Below, piece after piece: positions 36,398 to 45,949 of a DNA stretch of 64,000 nucleotides. The notes under the pieces were generated by a model. The model made no database searches. It was not told where the DNA came from and saw only the letters and a list, made by a program, of their open reading frames with translations. The stretch is taken from NCBI GenBank assembly GCA_964503265.1, contig CAZCYO010000004.1:3191-67190 (forward strand). The letters are read 5' to 3'. Both the position numbers and the translations under genes were made by a program. This DNA comes from an uncultured Gammaproteobacteria bacterium (GTDB lineage: Bacteria > Patescibacteriota > Microgenomatia > Levybacterales > UBA12049). Positions within the stretch are counted from its first letter, which is position 1. The number at the start of each line of letters is the position of its first letter.

Positions 36398-37594
36398 ATG
36401 TCGCTTTTCAACGGAATAAAAAAACTAAAAACGCTCCCCGGTCCAGTTGTTGTATTAGGGTTAGTGAGTTTTTTTAATGATTTATCATCAGAAATGATTT
36501 ATCCGATCGTGCCACTTTTTTTAACAGGCGTGCTTCACACCTCAATTCCAGTAGTGGGACTGATCGAAGGTGTTGCAGAGGCGACAGCTAGTATTATGAA
36601 ATTTTTCTTTGGCTGGTATTCTGATTATCTTCAGAAAAGAAAACCGTTTGTGACTGGGGGTTATATGCTTGCTGCTGCATCAAAAATCCTCATCGGCCTG
36701 GCATTTTCATGGCCTCTTGTACTCGGTGCGAGAATTGTTGACAGGCTAGGGAAAGGAATGCGAACTGCAGCACGCGATAGTATTCTGCTTGAAAATTCGA
36801 CAAGCGTAAATAAAGGGTATATTTTTGGGTTTCACAGGGCATTTGATAGTCTTGGGGCCGTATGTGGACCGCTCATCGCACTTGGAATTCTCGCACTCGT
36901 CAAAGAAAATATTCGACTAACATTTTTTATCGCGTTTATTCCAGCGGTCATTGCGGTGTTACTCCTTGTAGTATTAGTGAAAGAGAAGAAAAAGCCTTTC
37001 ATACGCACCAAGCTCTCGTGGCCTTCTACTACTTTTTTACAGATGGACACGAAGCTCAAATTATTTTTAGGAATCAGTTTTATTTTTTCGATTGGAAATA
37101 GTTCAGACGCCTTTTTACTCCTCCAAGCTAAAAATCTTGGGCTTACTGCGACACTCGTCGTCCTCGCATATGTACTCTACAATATCTCTCAGACGGTATT
37201 TTCTACACCGCTTGGCCACCTGTCAGATCGAATTGGAGCAAAGAAGATTTTCGCAGGAGGACTCCTCGTTTTTGCGATTGTTTACTTTTTCTTTGGATTT
37301 ATAACACATAGTGCGTGGTTATGGCTTCTTTTTCCAGTCTATGGCATCTATATCGCGGCAACAGATGGCATATCAAAAGCATATATCGGAGAATTTATCG
37401 ATAAAAAAGACTCTGGAACATTTTTCGGCGCGTATTATTCCATAACAGCACTGGGGACATTACTGGCATCAGTTATCGGAGGGCTTCTCTGGTCAGGGAT
37501 CGGACCATCCTATACGTTTTATTTTGGAAGTATGATGGCTTTTGCAGCATTTTTGCTCTTTTATTTTTCCTCGTCACTTTTCGCACAGCGCTGA
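36398..37594 (+). CDS. MFS transporter
   Basis: 12 predicted TM helices; MFS motif A-like 'GARIVDRLGKGMRTAARDS'. Confidence 0.8.
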   Translation: MSLFNGIKKLKTLPGPVVVLGLVSFFNDLSSEMIYPIVPLFLTGVLHTSIPVVGLIEGVAEATASIMKFFFGWYSDYLQKRKPFVTGGYMLAAASKILIGLAFSWPLVLGARIVDRLGKGMRTAARDSILLENSTSVNKGYIFGFHRAFDSLGAVCGPLIALGILALVKENIRLTFFIAFIPAVIAVLLLVVLVKEKKKPFIRTKLSWPSTTFLQMDTKLKLFLGISFIFSIGNSSDAFLLLQAKNLGLTATLVVLAYVLYNISQTVFSTPLGHLSDRIGAKKIFAGGLLVFAIVYFFFGFITHSAWLWLLFPVYGIYIAATDGISKAYIGEFIDKKDSGTFFGAYYSITALGTLLASVIGGLLWSGIGPSYTFYFGSMMAFAAFLLFYFSSSLFAQR

Positions 37595-37634
37595 TTTACT
37601 TGACTTTACAAAACCCTGTTGAAATACTTGATAT

Positions 37635-38333
37635 GTGGAAGAATCAACAAACTCAGTCTCACCAGACATACAGCCGAGTATGCCAGAGCAGCCAGAACCT
37701 GTTCCAGATGTTCCTTCTTCATCATTTTTTACAATAAATAAATTTATTCTCGGTGGTATAGCATGTTTCATGTTTATTATCGTCGGGATTGGGCTTTTTA
37801 TGTTCTTACCAAAAGGCTCGAATTCTAAAAAAATTGTTCCTACGCAAGTCCCGACTCCCACAGTCACACTCATACCAACGAAAAAACCAACTATCTATCC
37901 AACATCCTACCCACCAGTAACAAGTATCCAGAAATTCCCTACTCCAACGAGTAAACCATCACAAAATTCAGGCGGCCAGACAACCTCCGTAGCAACACCT
38001 ACCCCAACTCCTACTCCAATTAGAACAACAGGAAGTATTAGTGGTGGATTTTATGACTCAGCAACCAATACGCCTCTTACTGATTCTCGATTTGCTGCAG
38101 CAGTCGTCAGCAGTGTGAGTGTGGGTAACAGTCAGAGTAAACCGACATGGAAAATTGATAATTTAAAACCTGGTCACTACCAAGTAAGTATCGATGTTGA
38201 TACCTCAAAATATAATCAACATAGTGTTACCTGCACCAACTGCACGCTATCAAATATTCAATTTGCTTCTGCTGAAGTTGATTTAAAAGCAGGCGAAGAC
38301 ATCCAAACAGTCTGGACATTCGATCCAAAATAA
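37635..38333 (+). CDS. Membrane-anchored extracellular hypothetical protein with Pro/Thr-rich linker
   Basis: TM helix at residues 45-65, a PT-rich linker (PTQVPTPTVTLIPTKKPT...TPTPTPTPIRTT), and a C-terminal beta-rich domain. Confidence 0.45.
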   Translation: MEESTNSVSPDIQPSMPEQPEPVPDVPSSSFFTINKFILGGIACFMFIIVGIGLFMFLPKGSNSKKIVPTQVPTPTVTLIPTKKPTIYPTSYPPVTSIQKFPTPTSKPSQNSGGQTTSVATPTPTPTPIRTTGSISGGFYDSATNTPLTDSRFAAAVVSSVSVGNSQSKPTWKIDNLKPGHYQVSIDVDTSKYNQHSVTCTNCTLSNIQFASAEVDLKAGEDIQTVWTFDPK

Positions 38334-38371
38334 GTTCCAATCCGCTTCTAAAGTACGTATAATAATAGAGC

Positions 38372-39007
38372 ATGGATCGATATAAACTGCTCGGAATCAT
38401 TAACTTCATTGAACTTCTCTGGTTTACTTTTATCATTTTCACTTTTCAATACAGTCATAAACCGGCTGGCTCACTTTACTCAATAACTAAAACATACGCA
38501 CCACTCCTCGTCATTGTTGGACTAGCATGCATTACCATATACGTTTTATATACACTTCGTACCACACACTCCAAAAAACGTTCTTTCCCTCTCTTAAGCA
38601 TGCTAACCATACTGCCAATTATTTGGTTCTTTTTTGCATTCTTTGGTTTCTTTTTTGTGTCACAACCACTCTTTCCCATTAGTGCGTTTTTACTCGCTTG
38701 TGCTGCCTACTATTTCTTTAATAACATCTCTCGTCGTCTCGCAATCGCAATTCCACTAGCGACCTTAGTAATTATGGGTGTAGTTATCTTCTCAAATTTT
38801 GAAGAGGACTATTGCACGAGAGCAGGAGTGATAGCTGACCCAACTGGTGGAAAATATGTACAAGCCACTTCTGATGATGCGAAATTACTCGCATGGAATA
38901 ATGTTAGAAAAGGTGATCAAATAGGTGTCGCATTTCGAGCACACTTTCGCTGTCATAACACATTTCATTTTATAGACGCACTTCAGAAAAGTTATTTTCT
39001 TAGGTAA
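38372..39007 (+). CDS. Hypothetical integral membrane protein
   Basis: 5 TM helices in the N-terminal 140 aa. The C-terminal soluble tail has a conserved-looking 'GDQIGVAFRAHFRCHNTFHF'. Confidence 0.4.
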   Translation: MDRYKLLGIINFIELLWFTFIIFTFQYSHKPAGSLYSITKTYAPLLVIVGLACITIYVLYTLRTTHSKKRSFPLLSMLTILPIIWFFFAFFGFFFVSQPLFPISAFLLACAAYYFFNNISRRLAIAIPLATLVIMGVVIFSNFEEDYCTRAGVIADPTGGKYVQATSDDAKLLAWNNVRKGDQIGVAFRAHFRCHNTFHFIDALQKSYFLR

Positions 39008-39045
39008 GTTGCACGCACCACATCGGTTCAGTACAATACATCAAC

Positions 39046-40272
39046 ATGAAAAAATTATTTACTAATAAAAGTTTTATCTTCATCATGATTACGACGTTTC
39101 TGGCTGTCATGGGAATTGGAATTATTATCCCTGTGGTTCCATTTCTGGTGAGTAAATATATGCCTGGAGCATCGAACGCAGCAATTGCGCTTAACGTCGG
39201 TCTCCTTTTTTCCGTCTATTCGGTCTGTCAATTTTTTGCTGCACCGGGGCTTGGTGCACTTAGTGATAAATATGGACGGCGGCCTGTTCTGTTAGCGTGT
39301 TTAGTGGGCTCAGCATTTGGCTATTTGCTCTTTGGGATCGGTGGATCACTCACTATTCTTTTTATTGGACGCATTATTGATGGCCTAACAGGTGGAGATT
39401 TGGGAACGATTTTCGCCTATGTGGCTGATGTTACAAAACCTGAAGAACGAGGACAAGTCTACGGAATTATCGGAGCGTTAATCGGTGTCGGATTTATGAT
39501 TGGACCAAGTATTGGTGGTTTTACTAGTCTCATTAGTTTAAATGCACCATTTTACTTAGCAGCTATCATAACGCTCGCAAATGCGATATTTGGCTACTTC
39601 GTTCTTCCAGAATCACTCAAAAAAGAAAACCGTATGGCTGATTTTTCCCTTCACCATCTCAATCCCTTTGGTACACTCCTCAGCGTTCTCTCAAATGTCA
39701 CAGTTCGAACGGTGCTCTTAATCGGCTTTTTCTATTTTCTCCCTTTTGCAGCTCTCCAAGGAATTGGTGGGATTTACTCTAAAGATATTCTGCACTGGAC
39801 ACCTGCGAATATCGGCATCTTTTTTATGATAATCGGACTCGTTGACATCATAACTCAGGGATTTTTATCAGGGAAATTAATTCCAAAATTTGGAGAATTA
39901 CATTTAGTTCTCACAGGGCTTGTTATAACAGGCATCGCATATCTATGTAATGCAGCACTTCTCTACTATCCAGTCACATGGTTTGCCTATCTTAGTGTGA
40001 TTATTTTTGCATTCGGAAGTGGACTTCTTGAACCGTCTCTGGGTGGACTTATCTCTAGAGCCGCCAGCCCAAGTGAACAAGGTCGTGTCCAAGGAGCGAA
40101 CCAATCACTCCAATCAATTACGCGCATCATCGGCCCACTTATGGCGACATATCTCTATGGTTTTATGCCAAATCTCCCCTATCTTCTTTGTGTCGCACTC
40201 TCAATCGTCGCCTTCTTCTTCGTCTATACTCAGAAAAAAATCATCCTCGCGCATATCCATGCCAGCAAATAA
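39046..40272 (+). CDS. MFS drug:H+ antiporter family transporter (TetA/Bcr-like)
   Basis: Motif A 'GALSDKYGRRPVLL', antiporter motif C-like 'GRIIDGLTGG', and 12 TM helices. Confidence 0.8.
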   Translation: MKKLFTNKSFIFIMITTFLAVMGIGIIIPVVPFLVSKYMPGASNAAIALNVGLLFSVYSVCQFFAAPGLGALSDKYGRRPVLLACLVGSAFGYLLFGIGGSLTILFIGRIIDGLTGGDLGTIFAYVADVTKPEERGQVYGIIGALIGVGFMIGPSIGGFTSLISLNAPFYLAAIITLANAIFGYFVLPESLKKENRMADFSLHHLNPFGTLLSVLSNVTVRTVLLIGFFYFLPFAALQGIGGIYSKDILHWTPANIGIFFMIIGLVDIITQGFLSGKLIPKFGELHLVLTGLVITGIAYLCNAALLYYPVTWFAYLSVIIFAFGSGLLEPSLGGLISRAASPSEQGRVQGANQSLQSITRIIGPLMATYLYGFMPNLPYLLCVALSIVAFFFVYTQKKIILAHIHASK

Positions 40273-40309
40273 TCTTGCATTCATTCTCGTCGCGTGAAAT
40301 ACTAAACAT

Positions 40310-40912
40310 ATGGATTCGACTGAGTATACATCACCTCGACGTAAGCCTGGATTTTTCCAAGATAGCACGAACTTTTTACTCATCGGTATTATCGGTATTC
40401 TGATTATTCTCCTTGGCGGCATTTATGTTCTGATCAGCAGATCACGCATGATATCTCCACAAAAACCTACCACTTCCCAAGCACCAATCCCAACTATTAC
40501 CCTATCTAAAACGATGACTGTCTTTACAAGCAAGCTTGGCTTTAGCATCATGTATCCTGATAACCTCACTCCTGTTGAACATGTAGGTAAAAAATCCGTT
40601 ACCTTTACTAATGCAATAACAGGTAATCAAATAGACTATCTCACAGTTACGATCGTCCCCGTTCCATTTAAAAACTCACCCACAGCAAATAGAACAACTG
40701 ACGATATTAACTACGTAACAGACTGGAAAGAAATAACGGTGAATGGTCAAAAAGGACACAGCTACATTACAAACCCCTGCAAAGAAACATGCCGCACGCT
40801 CACAGTTGATTTACCCTTTACTAACGGGACTAACATCTTAACTATTACATCTTCACGAATTGATTCGAAATTATTTAATGAAATTGTTTCAAAAGTTACA
40901 CTCAAAAAATAA
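40310..40912 (+). CDS. Membrane-anchored extracellular hypothetical protein
   Basis: One TM helix near the N-terminus followed by a beta-rich domain. Adjacent to a larger protein of similar organisation. Confidence 0.4.
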   Translation: MDSTEYTSPRRKPGFFQDSTNFLLIGIIGILIILLGGIYVLISRSRMISPQKPTTSQAPIPTITLSKTMTVFTSKLGFSIMYPDNLTPVEHVGKKSVTFTNAITGNQIDYLTVTIVPVPFKNSPTANRTTDDINYVTDWKEITVNGQKGHSYITNPCKETCRTLTVDLPFTNGTNILTITSSRIDSKLFNEIVSKVTLKK

Positions 40913-40914
40913 CT

Positions 40915-42093
40915 ATGGAACAAGACTTTTACAACGAGCAACAAGAAAAAATCTCCCAGCAAGCATCAGCCGAAGTACAACCTGCATCGATGCCACCTGC
41001 CAAAAAGCCGAAAATAGTCTTGTTACTACTCGCAGTGATACTTCTTGGGATTGGCGCAGCTGGTGGATACTTTCTCGCTAACTCTAAGAACTCAGCAAAC
41101 ATAGCAGAAGTAATAACCCCATCTCCTCAAAAAATTAGTCCAACAAGTATTCCTACCCAGACAATGGATCCTGAAACAGCATCCTGGAAAGTATATTCTC
41201 AGCCAGCACTATATTTTAGCTTTCGGTATCCTGAAAACTATAACATTATTAGCGAAGAGCCTAGAAAAGTTGTTCTGGGTTTTTCCTCTCCTTCAGACGA
41301 CACACTTATTCCTTATCTCACTGTTACGATGGACGGATCATCCTCCTATGAAAAACTAACAAACTGTATCAAAGATTCAGTTATACCATGTGTCAAAAAT
41401 AAAGAATCGATAACCGTGAATAATGAAGCAGCAACCTCAGTTAGCATTACAGGAGGAGTAGATTATGCATATTCTGTCGTAACACTTCCAGGAAATCCAA
41501 GTATTGAACTTAGTATGAATGTCGCAGGTGGCGGACTTTCACAAACATTTAGTAACATTCTTTCAACTGTACGCATTGGAACAACGTTTGAGAAACCCCA
41601 GACAGCGTTTGGGAAAGTATATACAGATACAGTCCTCCCTATTTCCTTCAAATATGAATTTCCAACCTACGTAGTGAGTTCGAATATTTTTGATGGCACG
41701 TCTTTAAAAGCAGACAGGGAAATTTGGGTGAGTATTCCAAATTCTGACGGTGTACTCATGCAAATATATTATTATAAAAGCTCACTCAGCGCTGCAGATT
41801 GGTGGAATTCGATGGGAAAAGCCAAATTCGAGACTCTGCAATCAGCATTTATTACTGCAGTTAATCCAAAACCGACAGGTATCACAACTCCATCATTTAC
41901 CACAACTTCATTAGTCTTTGCTGGTCAAAATGCTATTCAGGCAAAAGGACACGTCAAAACCGGTCAGGGACCACAAGATGAAGCATTAACGATAGTACAG
42001 TATAAAGATGGGATTTATCTGATTCGTCCCATGGGACAGGTAAAAGAAAAACAGATTCTTGAGCAGACAATTAACTCAATTAAATTCCTGTAA
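40915..42093 (+). CDS. Membrane-anchored extracellular hypothetical protein
   Basis: 392 aa. Start lies 3 nt after the previous stop. TM helix at residues 33-55. No family recognised. Confidence 0.45.
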   Translation: MEQDFYNEQQEKISQQASAEVQPASMPPAKKPKIVLLLLAVILLGIGAAGGYFLANSKNSANIAEVITPSPQKISPTSIPTQTMDPETASWKVYSQPALYFSFRYPENYNIISEEPRKVVLGFSSPSDDTLIPYLTVTMDGSSSYEKLTNCIKDSVIPCVKNKESITVNNEAATSVSITGGVDYAYSVVTLPGNPSIELSMNVAGGGLSQTFSNILSTVRIGTTFEKPQTAFGKVYTDTVLPISFKYEFPTYVVSSNIFDGTSLKADREIWVSIPNSDGVLMQIYYYKSSLSAADWWNSMGKAKFETLQSAFITAVNPKPTGITTPSFTTTSLVFAGQNAIQAKGHVKTGQGPQDEALTIVQYKDGIYLIRPMGQVKEKQILEQTINSIKFL

Positions 42094-42399
42094 CCCTTTT
42101 GTCTGAAGAACCTTTTAGCCTCAAATAAACGCATCAATAACATCCTATAGCTTGATCTTGGGCTCGCTTTATGCTACACTTTTACGACGATTTAGAGTAA
42201 CTCTATTTCTTTTTTTGCATATTTACCCTCCTACGCTTATAGCTACGAAAGGGCAAGTATGTATATCACCCATAACCGAAAAGTAATGAGGTTCACCCCT
42301 CATAGCTTTAACCCAATTGAATCGAGTCTAGCGAAGTGGGGCACATTTACAATATAGTGTGATAATTAGCGAAGACTGCTAAAAGAGAAGACAACCAGT

Positions 42400-42460
42400 T
42401 GTCATCCTGAACTTGATTCAGGATCCAGTCTAATAGTTTCCTGCCTTCGCAGGAATGACA
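42400..42460. repeat. Inverted pair of TGTCAT-headed hairpin repeats (BIME-like dimer)
   Basis: Forward copy TGTCATCC-tga-acttgat-tca-GGAT (42400-42424). Reverse copy ttcctgc-cttc-gcaggaa-tgaca (42438-42460). 13 nt separate them. Confidence 0.7.
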
Positions 42461-42592
42461 GTTTATCTTTTCCTTTGGCAGTCTTCATATGGTGAGACCT
42501 CTGTCGTAGCACATCGTATGTGCAGCAGAGATCCTCTCACCGGGCAACAGTGAAGACTTGTTGAACATACTTCCAAATAAAAGGAGCATCCG

Positions 42593-43006
42593 ATGGCCAC
42601 ACAACTCGTGCCAAGTGCATTCCATGCCACCTCTCCTGAACCAGCGAACGTCGCACCTGAGACATTTCAGGCGATCATGACTCTAGCTGTCGCTGAAATC
42701 CAGCATGGGCTGGCACGCCTGCACATGCCCGAACAAGACATCAAGCGCGTCTCGGCGGTAGTTAATCGCGGTTTGGTTGGCAGCATTCTTGCTGCTCTGG
42801 AATTCCCCTACTCAAGTCCGGGAAGGAACCTCACGCTTACACCCAAGCGGGTGGAAGCAGTGAGGGCCGCCATCACCCATGAAGTCAGGCGACTGATTGA
42901 CACGGATGATGAAATCAACAACGCAATGGTCTCGACAGGGACCGTAGTCGCGATCGTCCGTGCGATTGGCCTCTTCCCGGTTCACACCGACTCAACAGAC
43001 CAGTAA
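42593..43006 (+). CDS. Hypothetical protein (high-GC gene)
   Basis: About 58% GC. A strong Shine-Dalgarno (aaaggag) sits 7 nt upstream of the ATG. 137 aa, helical, Ala/Val-rich. Confidence 0.5.
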   Translation: MATQLVPSAFHATSPEPANVAPETFQAIMTLAVAEIQHGLARLHMPEQDIKRVSAVVNRGLVGSILAALEFPYSSPGRNLTLTPKRVEAVRAAITHEVRRLIDTDDEINNAMVSTGTVVAIVRAIGLFPVHTDSTDQ

Positions 43007-43327
43007 TAGAGCTACTTAGGCCATTCATTCCTGCGTTCGTCGGCAGGTGAGTGGTCGCTCCAGTTTCTCGTCTGGGAGGAATTGCCCTCTTCCCGGGCTT
43101 CTCTATCACACTATTTGCACAGTGCAAAAATTACCTAACGCCGTTTGGCTTACAGTAACGATTCTTTTTTCGAACCCTTCAATTGCGAAGACTACCCGAA
43201 AAAATGTCCGAGCTGTTTCCCCCAACCGGCGTTTTTTCTTGGAAAAAAAGAGTTGCTAAGAAATTGTAGCGTTAAAATAAGAGTGTATTTTGACTCTTTA
43301 TAGTAAAAAAGATACAGTTAATACTAT

Positions 43328-44212
43328 ATGGAATCGCTAGGTGCACCACCTCCAGACAGAAAGGAACCACTCCTAACAGACAGACCAGAACTACCACTTG
43401 CATATGGACATCCTGAGACGATAACAACTATGGATCATGTCGATGCATGGTTAGAAGGGCTTGCACGTTATGCTGCCAATGGTGAAAATGCCCGTTATAG
43501 CATAAGAGAGGTTGTTACTAATGATGCTTTTGATCCAGATAAAGCTTTAAAAAAATATCAAGAGGAGCTTCATTTTCTGCCGAAATCTCTCGCTCAAGAA
43601 GGTCTTACACAATTTGCGGAGGAAATTACTGAAACATTCGATCCAAAAACGTCACTTTTTTACTTTCATCCCAAAAGTATTAGTTCGTACTTCTTTCATA
43701 AAAACCTCATAGCGCTAAATCCCAAGCTAGCTACATATGGAAGAGCAGTAGATAGTTATTCGGCGTTAAGGCTAACGACCAAAAATGAATTTGGTTCAGA
43801 TGAGTTAAAAGATGCAAAAGCATTTATTTACGTGGATGATTGGATCTTGTCAGCAGAACAAATGGGAATTTTTTTATCAACTGATGTGGATGAAAAATTC
43901 CATACATTCCATCTAGCAGTAAGTGCACAAGGGCAGGATTTTCTTAAGAAAACATCTGGTCATCTGTTCCCACGCTATCTCAATACGATGCCATCTAAAG
44001 TTGGTTTTTTTCCTGAAGTCTCTGTGTATGGGTTTCATAAAATTCCTGATGTACTTCCTGATTTTTATACAAAATCTAAATGGGCAGATTTTTATTCAAT
44101 TTTTGGGAAAGGAAAGGATGGATTTAATATTCGAAAAAACCAACGGCTTTTCGATCATGACGCAGTATTTATAAATGAAAAAGATGACCCAGATAACCCT
44201 CAAAAGAAGTGA
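43328..44212 (+). CDS. Hypothetical protein
   Basis: 294-aa ORF with protein-like composition. No motif recognised. Confidence 0.4.
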   Translation: MESLGAPPPDRKEPLLTDRPELPLAYGHPETITTMDHVDAWLEGLARYAANGENARYSIREVVTNDAFDPDKALKKYQEELHFLPKSLAQEGLTQFAEEITETFDPKTSLFYFHPKSISSYFFHKNLIALNPKLATYGRAVDSYSALRLTTKNEFGSDELKDAKAFIYVDDWILSAEQMGIFLSTDVDEKFHTFHLAVSAQGQDFLKKTSGHLFPRYLNTMPSKVGFFPEVSVYGFHKIPDVLPDFYTKSKWADFYSIFGKGKDGFNIRKNQRLFDHDAVFINEKDDPDNPQKK

Positions 44213-44278
44213 ATCACGGAATATGTGTTTGGTATACTGAAACTCTCCATAGAAAAGATAGAATAACTGCTAATTCAC

Positions 44279-45814
44279 TTGACTTTTGCCTCAATTTCGC
44301 GTATTATGGGTCAATCATTTAGGAAACTGCCTCATACTTCCTCAATAAGAATAATTCTGCCCAGAATTTGCATGCAAAAACGTCTTTCTCACTATCGTGA
44401 TACTGTTACTACGCAGTCTCCAGTAATTTATCGCCGAGTTGTCGCGGATATTCGTCGTCGTCCTCTGTTTAATTTCGGGATCGCACTCATCGTTCTTTTT
44501 TTAATCTTACTTGCGAATTCTATACTTACGAAACCTGCAACAGAAGTGAAAAAAACACTCGCTCCTAAACCAGTTAAAACATATAGTATCGGCACAGCAC
44601 CAAAAGTAACGCTACAGGGAAAAGTCGAAAAATCGAACATCATTAAAATCATGGCGCAGACTGCAGGCGTCGTTAACGCAGTAAATGTGACAGAGGGAGA
44701 CAGTGTCACAAAAGGCCAAACACTCATCAACTTAGCCAGTAACTATCAAGGAGACTCAGCACCAGCTGTCCAAGCATCAATTGCTCAGACCAGTTATAAC
44801 AATACTGTCGCTACTTACACTACCCAAAAAGACTTACTAACAAAACAGCGTGACATCGCAAATGCAAGTTCAGATAACACCGAAGCACTTCGAAAAATCT
44901 CTGTTGAATCACGAGACTCAACACAGAGACTAATTGACGACACTCAGACGAATATCGATGGCCTAACAGCAACTATTAACCAGCTCGCTTCAAGTAATAA
45001 CCCGGCAGATCAGGCACAAGTCACAAGTGCAAAGCAGCTCCGCTCACAACTCAATGCCAGTATCACCCAGCTTCAATCTGGTGTTAACCAACTGAATTAC
45101 ACCACGAATACGAATAACCCACCAACACAGCTTGCAAATCTCCAGAAAGATATCACCCTTAAAGGACTTGATCTGCAGGAAAAAGCGTTAGAGTTAGGAA
45201 AAGAAGTCGCACGACTCCAAGCTAGTCTCGCGTGGATCGGTGCATCTGTCATGACACCAGCTACTCCAGTTGAGGGGAAAGTTGACCGTGTGTATGTAAC
45301 GGTCGGCCAAACAGTCACACCAGGAACAGTGCTTGCAACAATCGTCGGCGTCGAAGCAGATCCAACCATCGTTGTAAATCTTCCAGGTGAACTCGCTGCA
45401 ACTGTTTCACGAATTGAACCATCAGTCATTCATTTGGGTACTAAAACATACGAAACAACACCACGATATGTTTCATCTGAAGCAGTCGATGGCACACAAA
45501 ACGTCGCTCTCTTCTACCTCCCACCACAGTACACATCTGCTGTGACAGCTGATGGATTTGTGAGTGTCGATCTTCCTGTCGGAATGGCGAATACGAGTTC
45601 AACCATCCCGTTCGTTCCACTTGATGCTGTCTATCAAACAGCGAACAATGCGTATGTATATGTCGCTAAAAACGGTAAAGCTGAAAGTAAAACAGTCACA
45701 CTTGGAACAGTGTTTGGTGAATTTACCCAAATCGTTTCAGGACTAAATAGTGGTGATCAGGTTATTCTTAATCGAAATGTAATCGCTGGAGATAAAATAT
45801 CAGTGACAAAGTAA
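44279..45814 (+). CDS. Efflux transporter periplasmic adaptor subunit (HlyD/membrane-fusion protein family)
   Basis: TM anchor; biotin-lipoyl-like hairpin 'GKVEKSNIIKIMAQTAGVVNAVNVTEGDSVTKGQTLINL' and its C-terminal partner 'GKVDRVYVTVGQTVTPGTVLATI'; long coiled coil. It directly precedes the RND pump. The true start may be downstream (MQKRLSH...). Confidence 0.7.
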   Translation: MTFASISRIMGQSFRKLPHTSSIRIILPRICMQKRLSHYRDTVTTQSPVIYRRVVADIRRRPLFNFGIALIVLFLILLANSILTKPATEVKKTLAPKPVKTYSIGTAPKVTLQGKVEKSNIIKIMAQTAGVVNAVNVTEGDSVTKGQTLINLASNYQGDSAPAVQASIAQTSYNNTVATYTTQKDLLTKQRDIANASSDNTEALRKISVESRDSTQRLIDDTQTNIDGLTATINQLASSNNPADQAQVTSAKQLRSQLNASITQLQSGVNQLNYTTNTNNPPTQLANLQKDITLKGLDLQEKALELGKEVARLQASLAWIGASVMTPATPVEGKVDRVYVTVGQTVTPGTVLATIVGVEADPTIVVNLPGELAATVSRIEPSVIHLGTKTYETTPRYVSSEAVDGTQNVALFYLPPQYTSAVTADGFVSVDLPVGMANTSSTIPFVPLDAVYQTANNAYVYVAKNGKAESKTVTLGTVFGEFTQIVSGLNSGDQVILNRNVIAGDKISVTK

Positions 45815-45864
45815 AAAGGGAAAAGTCAAAACTCAAAAATACAATTCAAAAATAAAAACTGATT

Positions 45865-45889
45865 TGTCATCCTGAACTTGATTCAGGAT
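45865..45889 (+). repeat. TGTCAT-headed hairpin repeat, identical to the 42400 copy
   Basis: TGTCATCCTGAACTTGATTCAGGAT. It sits inside an intergenic motif that exists without it at 26128-26203. Confidence 0.7.
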
Positions 45890-45949
45890 CCATTCCTTAC
45901 CTGTGCTTTTGAATTTTAACTTTTCACATTTAAATTAAAAAATGAACAT

